From assembly GCF_018350175.1 (NCBI RefSeq), contig NC_058368.1, positions 20,462,001-20,526,000 on the forward strand: DNA of 64,000 bases, in the 5' to 3' direction. Source of the stretch: Felis catus. Its lineage: Eukaryota. Shown here piece by piece: positions 42,693-54,400 of the stretch. Position 1 is the stretch's first letter; each line of letters opens with the position of its first letter. The notes under the pieces are model-generated. The model did no database searches. It saw nothing but the letters and a program-made list of their open reading frames with translations, and had not been told where the DNA came from. The position numbers and the translations under genes were made by a program.

Positions 42693-45346
42693 ATGAGTGT
42701 ATGTAAAAGGCATAGCTATAGAGATGACAATAATGTCACACCAGTAAGAATGAAATTAAACAATGAATTCCTGGAAACTATCCTGGTGGATTTTACCCAG
42801 AAGAAAGCAGGAAAAGATGTTATCAAGTTTAAGATAAGAATAGGGACATAGGAGCATCATTAAATATCCTCCAGAAACAACCTACCGTGTGGGTTTATTT
42901 AAGGACGTAGGGAAAAGGACTTGAAGCATTTCACTCTCTTAGAAGAACTATGCTGCTATTTCAACAATTTTTAAGTTAGTACTCTTTGAGATCTTCTACT
43001 ATTTTATTCACATTTCCTTCAACGCACATGTACTGAGGTCCTACTCTGCATGAGACAGTATTCTCGGTGTTTGACAGGCTCATTTTCCTAGAGGAATGCA
43101 TCTTCTTATTTCAGGGAGAAGAAAATCTAGCCTGAAAAGATAACTAAGTCTGGTTAGGATGTAGAAACCTGCAGTAGGCTGCTCTTCCCATACTAGTCGT
43201 TTAAAAAACGTAGTGAACAAAGAAATTGAAATAAACTGATTCCAGAAAGCAACCAGCCCTTTCAAAGAGGACACCCATAGTTATGTTCATGTCTGGTAGA
43301 GCTGCAGGTGAGGGTGAAAAGAAACCAGTCTGAATTTTAGTGAACTTTAATGGCCACATGGAGGCCAGAATGATAGGTTAGAATCCCAAAGATCCTGTCT
43401 TTCGTCAGTTCTAGCCACAGAATCTGTACCCATCTACCAATTCTCCCACAGGCCTTCACCAAGTACATGTGGTTATTCAGTCAAAGGATGGGGTTAGGAG
43501 GAGAACTGAGAGAAACCCCCAGTCCCTGAGGCTTGTGAGGCACATTCTCCAAACGCGAGTCAATGGCCCATGAAAAAGTAGGGTTAGAGTCAGAGAACAG
43601 ACAGAAATCCCTGTGAGGTATTCTTGGCCTTTACCAAGTGCACTACAATGACACTTTGAAGTCTAAGGGCAGAGAAGAATGGTAAAGAGAAATCTCCCAA
43701 TGTGCAGAGAGCCAGCATGGGACTAAAGAGCAAAGAGACCCCCAAACACCTCACCTCACAATTAGTCTGTAAATCAGAAGAGATCTTCCACGATTTAGAA
43801 AGCGGGAGACTTACTGTAAAGTATAAGGAGGTTCTCAGATCCTTGCTTGTCCCCACATCCTGAGCCCTGATGGCGATAAAATCCTGATCTAGCCTTCTTA
43901 ATATATGAAATCATATATTGCATGGAATCTAGCAGTATCTTGGCAAAAGAAGCCCAGACTCAATTCAAATACAGATAAAATTAACCCAGTCTCCACTCTA
44001 GCAGCCTGACAAAAAAGAGATTTGAACTTTACTGAACACTGAATATTATCTACTTCAGTTTCTACTGTACTTTCACATACAATATAGAACATACAACTAA
44101 ATAATTAAAAATATGAGATGCTAGAAAATCAAGAAAAATGTGGTTTAGTGTATAGCCAAGAGAGGAAATAGTCAACAGAAGCAGGTCTGAAAATGTCCTG
44201 GATGTTGGAATTATGGGACAGAATCTTTTCAATAACTACAATAAAGATTTTAGGAGATCTACTGGAAAAGGGGAACTGGTTTGAACAGATGGGAAATACA
44301 TGCTATCTATCTATAACTATCTATTAATCTATCTATCCAATGGAAATGAAAACCATGATATCAGAAATCGGGAATAGAGAATTCATCTTAGGGCTTTAAC
44401 AGATTCTAGACACAGTAAAGGAAAGGATCAAGGATTGTGAAAATGAACAATACACTGAAACACAGAGAAGGAAGTAGGGTGAAAAAAATGAAACAGCACA
44501 TCCTAGATCTGTAGGACAATATCAAATGGACTACCACAAGTGGAACTAGGGTCCTAGAAGGATACAGTGAGACTGGGTCAGAAGAAATATGTGAAGAAAT
44601 AATGACTGAGAATTTTCCAACATTGATGAAGGATATCAACTTACATATCCAAGAGCTTAGCAAACCCAAACAGGATAAATACAGAGATAAGCACTTCCAT
44701 TCTTAAATACCAAAAGCCCTACTCAGTGCAATTCAGCAAGAAAAAGAAATATAAGACATAAAGATTGGAAGGGAAGATGTAAAATGATCTTTTTACAAAG
44801 ATGGTGGTGCACTTATAAGACCTCAGCTAGATCAAAATACCCAGGTCACAGGATATAAGGACAGCGCACAAAAATTAGTTGAATATGTATATACTAAGGA
44901 CAAAAATTTGGAAAATGAAATAAAAACAAACTACCTAAATTTAGTTTTAAATGTTGGAAAATAAGAAAACTGGAGGACTTGCACTACCTAATTGCAAGAT
45001 TTATTGTAAAGCTACACTAACAAAGACAGAGTGAAATTAGAAGGATAAACATGGATCATTGGAGCAGTACAGAGAGCCCAGAAAGAAACCACATATTTAA
45101 AGTCAATTAATTTTTAACCAAGGCACAAAATCAGGTCAGCAGGGAAAGGAATTTCTTTTTAAGAAGTGGTTCATTTCTGGGGCAGCTGGGTAGCTCAGTC
45201 GGTTAAGTATCCAACTTCAGCTCAGGTCATGATCTCGCAGTTTATGAGTTCGAGCCCTGTCTCAGGCTCTGTGCTGACAGCTCAGAGCCTGGAACTTGCT
45301 TCAGATTCTGTGTCTCCCTCTCTCTCTCTCTGCCCCTCCCCCACTT

Positions 45347-45400
<54 letters not shown>

Positions 45401-48400
45401 AAAAATAAATAAAAGTATTTTTAAAAATTTTAAAAAAGAAATGGTTCATTTTAATTGAAAATACATACGGAAAGAAAAATGTACCTCAATCCTTCATACA
45501 TAAAAATTAATTTGCTATATATCACAGATGTAAACATAAATGCTAGAACCATAAAGCTTTTTGAAGGAAATATAGGCGAATAGCTCCATGAATTTGGGGT
45601 AAGCACTAATTTCTTAGATTGGACACAAAAAATATTAATCATGAAAGTAAAAAAAAAACCTGACAAACCTCATTATTGTGGGCCAAATTTTGTTCCCCCC
45701 CAAATTCATATATTGATGCTTTACCCCCCGGGCCTCAGAATATGACTATATGTGGATATAGGGCCTTTACAGAGGTGGTCAAGTTAAAATGAAGCTGTTA
45801 GGGTGGGCCCTAATCCCATTTGACTGGTGTCCTTGCAAGAAGAGGAAATCTGGACATAGGAAGAAACACCAGGGATGCACAGGCACAAAGAAGAGACTAT
45901 GTGAGGCCATCCACAAGCCCAGGGGAGATGCTGCCGAGGGAACGAAGCCTGCCAACACTTCGATCTCATACTTCCAGCCTCCAGAACTGGGAGAAAATAA
46001 ATTCCTGGTGTTGAAGCCACTCAGTCTGTGGGTGTACAGAATGGGAAAAATACTTGAAATATATGTGTCTCCCATATCCAAGCACATAGTAGAGAACTCC
46101 TCTATATTAACGATGAAAGATAATCCCGGTTTTTAGATGAGCAAACTCTTGAACAGACTTTTCAAGAAAAAAGGTACAAGAACGGACACCAGCTGCGTGA
46201 AAATGTGCTTAACATCGTCAGCCGTCAGCAACATGCAAATTAAGACCACAACGAGGTAGCATTTCACACCCACCAGAAGACCAAATGATGGTGAGACCGT
46301 GGAGCAACTGGAGTGTCACATTGCTGATGAGAATGTAAAATGGTGCAAACACTCCGGAAAATTGCTAGCAAACGGTCTGGTTTTTGGTTTTTTTTTTTTT
46401 GTAACATTAAATACGCATCTACCTTGCGATCCAGGAATTCTGCTTGTAGGCACTTATCTAAGAAAAATGAAAATGTGTGCCTACGAACAGATCTGTATAA
46501 GAGTGTTCCTAATGGCCCCAAACTGGAAATAACCCAAATGTTCGTGAAGTTAGAAGCCTGGATAAAGAAACTGCGGTATGTTTTTTACAAAGGAACAGTT
46601 GCAGTAATAGAAGCATGAACGACTGAAACATACAACAACATGGATGAATCTCAGAAACATTCAACTGGATAAATGAAGGCAGGCACAGAACAATATACTC
46701 TATGATTCCATTTGTGCATAGTCCTAGAACAGGCAAATAATTCTTTGTAAAAGAAATGAGGAAGCCGTTACCCCTGCAGAGAGGGAGGGAACTTAACGGG
46801 AAAGGGCAACAAGGGGACGTCGCGAAGTAATGAAAGTAGTAGTCTGTATTTTATTCTGGATGGTGGATTATAGGGTATATGCTCCTGTCAAAACTCACAG
46901 AGCTAAATGCTGAAGATCTGTCTTTCCGTTTTAGGTATATTATACCTTAATTTAAAAATAAAAGCAAGAGTATTCGACGGTCCCTTTTCAGTGAGATTCT
47001 CTTTGTACAGATCAGAGTGGGGATCCACACGGGACCAGTCTTAGCAGGTGTGGTGGGAGACAAGATGCCGCGGTACTGTTTGTTCGGTGACACTGTGAAC
47101 ACGGCTTCTAGGATGGAGAGTCACGGGCTTCCCAATAAAGTGCACCTCAGCCCCACGGCCTACAGGTAGCCATTCATTTATTCCTTCCTTCCTTTGTCTT
47201 TTCCTACTTCCAGAATGCTCACGGTGCCTGGCAGCCGTGGGATCGGGGGTAGTGAAGGAAACCCGTGGTTCTTCTCCCGTGCCACGCTGGCTTACAGAAG
47301 ACATTGTACCAGACAACAAATACTGTCGAGCCTCTTCCATAAGATAGTTTTGCTCCCAAGGAGCATATGGCCTAACGCGGGGATTGGCAAAGCATAGTCA
47401 TAGGCCAAATCCAGTCTGCTGCTTGTTTTTTGTAAATAAAGTTTTATTGGAACACAGCCATGCTTGTTGATTTACACATTGTCTATGGCTGCTCTCATAG
47501 CAGAGTCGAGGAGCTGTGGCAGAGGCCGTATGGCCTGCAAGGCTGAAAATATTTACTCTCTGGTCTTTTGCAAAAAAAGCGTGCTGACCCTTGGTCTCGC
47601 AGAAAAAGAAAGAAGTGTTCACTAATAATTATTTTGAAAGTGTGGTAAGTACAATGGTAAAGATAAGCATAAAATAATATTTATGGTTTCTTGAGACCTT
47701 ACAGGAGGTGAACCAAATTCTGTTCTGAGTTATTTTATATATATGTATATGTTCATTTACTCTCACAACGGCTCTATGAAAATGTACTATTATTCTTATC
47801 TACAGAGGAGAAAAAAAAAATCAGGCACAAAAAAGTTAATGACTCGCTTCGGGTCCCAAGTTGGCTAGGAAGGAAAAGAGCCCAGATCAAATGTGGGGTG
47901 AGGCTCTGAGTCCCTGCTTTATCCACTGTACTCTTGTGCTTGAGGTAATTCAAGCGTGTGTGTCTTGGGAGACTAAGCGGGGTGCCTCATCCAGTAAAGA
48001 AATCCTTTGTGGAGGAAGAGATTCCTGAGCTGAATCTTGAACAAGGAGTTCCGAGTAGGATTCAGCCAAAGCTGAGGCTTTGGGGGAGAAAACCCAGCAG
48101 TACCAGCACAGATGTAGAGTAGGAGCTAAGAACTACAATTTAGCTTGCTAGAGTAGACAATATGGAGCAGAAAGTAGCGTGAGCTGTGTGTGCCCTGTCG
48201 AAGAGCAAGGGTGTGCATTGTAGGTGGAGAAGAGCCCCCGGGGAGTGTGAGATTGGACACAATGGGGGGCCCAGGGTTTTATTTGATGCTGATACTCAAG
48301 ACCATGCAAGGACAGGGGTGCCTGGGTGGCTTAGTTGGTTAAGCATCGGACTTTGGCTTAGGTCATGATCTCATGGTTTGTGAGTTCGAGCCCCGCATCA

Positions 48401-51400
48401 GGTTCTACGCTGATGGTGTGGGACCTGTTTGGGATTCTCTCTCTCTCCCTCTCCCTCTCCGCCCCTCTCCCACTTATTCTCTCTCTCTCTCAAAATAAAT
48501 AAACTTAAAAAAAAAAAGACTGTGCGAGGACAGATTTGAGGATCAGGAAACAGGACAGAGAGGACCTGTGAGGAGCCGGGTTTGAACCAGAGCATTGGTG
48601 GTGGGAATTTGGGGGAAAGTAAAATCAGCTGAACCTGGTAACTGCTAGAAATGGAGAATGAGAAAGAGGGAGAAGCCTTGAATGTCTCCCAGGCCTCCAT
48701 CCTGGGTGGCAGCGACCTGAATCTCACCACTGGACACAGGACAGGTAAGAGGGCTTCCAGTCTACAGGGGCAGACGATGAGTTCAGGTTCGGAAGTGTTG
48801 AATTCAAAGGAACCGCAGAGCATCCTAGGTAGAGGTGCCATTACATGGATGGATGAAATATGGAGTTGAGGTGTTGGCTGGGGCTCCCAACTTGGCGAAA
48901 GCAACATATGGTGGGTAATTCAGCCAGGGGATTGATGAGATCACCTGGGAAAGGTGCAGTGGGAAAAGAGCAGTGCAAAGAACCAACATTTAAGTGGCAG
49001 GTGGATGAAGAGGGGCCCGTGTGAGAGGCAAAAGAAATAAGAAAGAAACGGCAGAGTTCAGGGTGAGAGGCACCCTTGGAGATATTTTTAGGGAGGAGGA
49101 ATTGAACAAAAGTGTCAAAATAGTGACAGGGACTGAAACACGTGCACCAGAGGTTTTGGGGACACGATCAGAAGTAGTTGTGGTAGAAGGGTGGGGATAG
49201 ACACTGGGATATGGGTTGAAGGATAAATGGGAGAGAGTGTATAGGATTAAAGGAGGAGATGATAACGTGGGAAGGTTTTCGCTTCTGTTTGGGAAGGAAG
49301 GGACCTTAGCAGGCTAGCAGGCTGAGGGAGGATGCAGACGGTGGGAGCCGGAGAGAAAGTGAGAAGTGGCTGGTTGGGCCAGGCCTTGAGCAAGCGGGAA
49401 GGGACATCGATCGGGTGCCCCTGCACAAGACGCGGCATCCTCTGAGACACCTCATCCTCAAAGACTGGGGCAAAGGGGGCGTGTAGCCGGTGGGGTGAGA
49501 GGCTGTGGGGTCTTACCTATAAATGGTTAAAACTTCATACAAGAATCAGATCACAAGGTAGGAAGCACAGTGACTTGAGGGTGAGGAAAGCAGGTGCCAA
49601 GTGGGGGGACCTGAGGAGAACCGTGAAGGTCTGAAATCTCCACGAAACTGGGAAAGGACAAGGGAAGGTCAGTGAGTGCTAAGACCTGGCTGAGGCAGCT
49701 GACCACGAGTTAGAAAATCTCTGGTCTGCACTGTTCTGTGGTTTCTCTCCATTACTGGCGACAGCCGGTAAATAAATAAGCAAGAAAGCATTCCGTAGGT
49801 ATCCCGTAGGTCTGTCTCTTTTCACAGGCCCCCTCCCTACACCCTTCTCTTCCGTTCCTTGGCAGCCAGAAGTCAGGGAGCAAGCTTGGGTGGTTAGGAT
49901 GAGCAAGCTGGGGTAACGGGGTGCCTGGGGAGGATGGAAAGGAGAGCGCTGATCTCCAAGGAGCCTCCTGCTTCGGAACCACGTGGGGCTGGCACACACT
50001 GCCGCGTCACCCTCTCCATTGTGGCCAAAGCTTAAGTTCTACATCCGTGATCTTTGATACCTGGTGCGATCTGTTCTCTCTGTGCAGAGCTCTGGAGAAT
50101 GAAGGGTTTGAAATAGTTGAGAGGGGCGAAATCGAAGTGAAAGGGAAAGGGAAAATGACCACCTACTTTCTGATCCGGAACCTGCATGCCTCGGAGGACG
50201 AGATCATGGGCAGACCTCACAGCCGGCTTGATCGCAAGGGTGAGCAGAAAAGAGAAGCCGCATCTCAGTGTCAGATATTTTTTCCACTAACAACTTCAGA
50301 TGTGTTTAGTGGGGCCCTTGGGCATGTGGGGTCGGCGTGGGTCATCCCTTTGCACGACTCTCTTTGGGTCGAGGCTCCCAAGGATCAGAGCAACCAGGAT
50401 GAACACTTGCATCCGGGGTAGTCGGATGCCCCTGGAGCTGGGCTGATGGGCCCAGCCTAAAGGGTCCCTCATGCGTTCATTTTCAAGGTTCTTGCCGGTC
50501 CCAAAGGGGGCTTTCACATCTGTCTGTCCTGCAGCTGGGGGACGCCTTTAGAAGCTCTCTGCTTCTCAGCCTCAGAGGAGACTCCAGGACTGGCTTTCCT
50601 CACACCCTGAAACCATCCACCTTTCTCATTTTCTGCTGGCTTCTAAAACTGGGAAGAAGGACAAAATCTGTGACTCACACAGCTCCAGGAATGACGGGAG
50701 AGTGAGTTTAGGTTAAAACAACCCAGTGCTAAGCCAGCCCAGGGATCACCATTTGGCTCACGGTGCCGCAGCAGATGGAATCCAATGAGGAGGTTTCTAT
50801 CGGCTGCCAGGCAGGACCCTCCGCCCCACGTGGTCAGGGCCCCTTAACATCTGCCCTGGTTAATGCTGGGAGGTGCTGACCCGACGGGGAAACCCAGGAG
50901 CAGGGGGAAAACCTCCCTGAACCTCTGAAGCAAAGTGGAGGAGGAAGTGGATTCGTTCTGACAGGAGCTAATCTCTAGCTGCTCCAGGGGCTTGCCAAGG
51001 AAAAGCTCGAAACCCAGGGGTTTCTGGTTGCTAATACGTGCGGGAGGTCTCTTTGGGACACACGGGTTAACGTTACTATTTTTTAAAGTGGGGCTATCCC
51101 AATAAAGAGATGGGTATTTGAAGAGCTTGAAATATTGTTTTCATAGCACGTCCACCTCGCATCGGTCTCCCTGTGAGCTGGGACGGGTTGGGGCCACATT
51201 TGACTGAGGCAGACACTGAGACAGAGAGATCTAAGTTAAAAACTAGGAATAACTTTGGCTGGTATAGACCAGAGGGCACCCTTAACAGAGTTTTGGGCCG
51301 AATTTCTAGGCTCAAGGTGCCTCGCCCATGACATCACCTTCTCCCTCCCACCAGCATGCCCTCCCCACAAGGGAGAAGCAAGGTTTTTCCCCCTTATTTT

Positions 51401-54400
51401 GCTTTGTTGTCAGAACTAGACAACGTAAACGGGGAGAGGCGTTGGGCCACCTGATTGTGCGAGAGGAGAGACGGAGCTGGAGGCTTTAGCACCAGGACGC
51501 AACAGCATCCAGCCCAGATGCACCTAGCTGAAACTCGATACCGCTTTCTCCCTTGTTGCCCCCGCAGGGGTTCTCCGATGGGAAAGTTTGAGAAACAGGA
51601 TTCTAGAACATGGCGTGGGTCAGTCGACTCTAAACCGCGTTCGGTTCTGAGCTGGAAAAACAATACTAGCCAACAGTAGAATATGAGTAAGGTGCCTCAG
51701 TTAAAGATTTCACTGTGGACCTTGAGAAAGAGAAAGGGTGTGAAAGAGAGGGAGGGCTAGCCCCTTCTGGACCCTAAACAGCATCTCTGTGCAAGTTGGG
51801 GAAAAGCACACTTTGGGGGGGGGGTAGATATCTCCCCAGGTATGGTTGATGGCAAAGGAAAGTCACCTGTTCCTCTGGGCTGACGTCAGCCCCACTCCTG
51901 ACCTCCTTGGCCAGGTATCTCCATGCAGAGAAATGGCAGAAAGATCTCAGCCTTTTTTCTTTCCATGCTTCTCTCCATTTCCCCCTCCCCATCAGCCTAG
52001 GATCTCCTGCCAGGAGCGGAGGTGCGAGCCCTGGGGAAGGGAGTGCCTGCCCCTCCCATCCCCACTGCAGCGCAGTGCTGGAGATGGCCCCCAAACATGA
52101 TCCTATTAGCCTGCAGGGGCCAAGGGACTTTGCCCCACACAGCAAGACCCAGCCTCTCAAAGCCAGTGATGGGGGAGGGGGATACAGAAACACTAATATG
52201 CACGCTAACGTTCTTCCCGAATTGGCCTCTTTCCTCAGATTATCTCCCATAGGACACACACACTGGTGTTTTGGGTGATTTGGGGGAGGCGCGGGAAGAA
52301 GTCCAAGGAGATGAAAGTGAGCAGAGTGGCACTGAGGCCCAAGCTAAGAACTATGGGTAACTGCAGTGGAGCAGGGTGAGAGGGCCTCAGCAGTGACTTT
52401 CCGGTGCCCTTGTGGGTCCGAGCTCCTCCCCCACCTGGCAGGAGGGGACACCCGGGAGGTAACAGGAGCAAGAAAGGATGGCACCCCGGAGCGCTCTTGC
52501 TCAAACCTTTCTCCCTTTTGTTCTCCAAAGCAAGTGCATTTACTGATTCATCTTCTAGCTGGTGAATGCGTTAAACATATTAAATGTCACATAATCTCCC
52601 CAGCAGTGACATTTAACAGGTGGAACCACTGTCCAGCAAGTCCTTCACACGACGGGCACCTGAGGAAATACCCACGGGGCGGCTGATGTTCAGAGGCACC
52701 AAAGAAAGGCCCCCACTTCTGCAGCTCATGAGGTTGGCTTGCCACCCTCACTTTCCCTTCCCCACCTGCTTGTTTGCAGAAGCAAGTACTCAAGGACGTC
52801 AAGACAGAGCAGCTGTTGCCATCATGCAGTACAAGGACAGTAGGCAGCTGTCCCTGAAGAGTGACACAGCAGATGGTGAGTTCACTGACCACTACAGACA
52901 CCCCCAGCGCCGCGGGGCAGGAGAATCGGTGGGTTCAGAGGTGTGGCTCGTGGGGGGGGGGGTGGGGCAGCTCAGGTGGAGTCCCTGCCTTCATACAGCC
53001 TGCGTTTTAGTTGTGGAAGACACACAACATAGAGCAAATAAGTAAGATCACTTTAGGTAGCGACCGATGTTAGGAAGAAAATGAAAAACTGGGCAATGGA
53101 GAAGAGGGCAATGGAGGCTCCTTCGGGGCAGCAGGATTTAAGCTGAAATGTGCAGGATAAGAGCTGGCCATACGGCTGTCATGGGCACTTTCAGACAGAG
53201 CCATGGTCTAAGCAAACATGAGCATGGTCAATTCAAAGAAGAAGAAGAAGAAGAAGAAGAAGAAGAAGAAGAAGAAGAAGAAGAAGAAGAAGAAGAAGAA
53301 GAAGAAGAAGAAAGAAGAAGAAGAAGAAAGAAGAAGAAGAAGAAGAAGAAGAAGAAGAAGAAGAAGAAGAAGAAGAAAAGAAGAAGAAAGAAGAAGAAGA
53401 AGAAGAAGAAGAAGAAGAAGAAGAAGAAGAAGAAGAAAGAAGAAGAAGAAGAAGAAGAAGAAGAAGAAGAAGAAGAAGAAGAAGAAGAAGAAGAAGAAGA
53501 AGAAGAAGAAGAAGAAGAAGAAGAAGAAGAAGGAAGAAGAAGAAGAAGAAGAAAGAAGAAGAAGAAGAAGAAGAAGAAGAAGAAGAAGAAGGCGGCCAGT
53601 GTGTCTAAAGAGGAGTAGAAGAGGAAGGGGGCAGTAGGGGATGAGAGGTAAGCAGAAGCCCTGGCCAGTGTGGTCTTGAGCTTTCCTATCCACACACAGA
53701 AAGTCTGAGTGTAAGTAAGGGGCAAGGCAGGGAGCGATGGGAGCTCCATGGAAATGTTCCATGGGCGAAGGTCTCTACCACTTGAGTTCCTAAGTGACTG
53801 CTCCATAAACAGCTCGGAATGGGAAGTCTAAGAACCCTTCGTGCTCTAGGAAGGGGAACAAATTCATTGTTCAAACTTGCACTACATGGGGATCCCTCCA
53901 CAGGAGAGATGAACAGGTCTTGGCAGGGGCTGGGCTTCTTGCTTAACATGAGACAGAAGTTTCTCAGCTGGGCCCCTGATTCGGTATCTCCTCCAACTGC
54001 TGCTTTCCTGGACATACACCAATACCAACAACTAAAGAAGGAGAAACTGAGGTCACTTCAGTTTGGGGGTGAAAACTAGATGGGTAGAGAACTGGCATTT
54101 GTTGGGCAACAAGTTCGTCCTGGGCATTTTACCCACTTTATCTCATTTGACACAAGAGTCCCATGACTGTTCCCGTAACAGAGGTAAGAAAGTTGAAGTT
54201 CATAAAGGTGATGTAATTTCGATGAGGTCCCACAGCTGGTAATTGGAAGAAGTAGGACTTGATCCTTATGCTTGTTTGTCTCAGCAGCCTGTATTCACGT
54301 GAGCAATGGACCCAAACGATTTCGGTTCCCCCAGGTGGTAGGCCTGGGGACCTCCAGACTTCACGGTGCCCCGCCATGTTTCTCTCAGATCCTCTGGGCC

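Larger units (their letters stand above)
43050..46962 (+). mobile_element. Old, internally deleted L1M with nested SINE and MLT1B
   Basis: ORF1-like remnants (~44400-44690, gaagaaataatgactgagaattttcca), ORF2-like remnants (~44720-45660, 46040-46600) and an L1M-type 3' end; left edge uncertain. Confidence 0.65.

Noticed and set aside
53148..53806. Poly-E/K/R and poly-F/L/S ORFs of 139-192 aa
   Set aside because: Artefacts of the stop-free (GAA)n tract; no splice or domain support.
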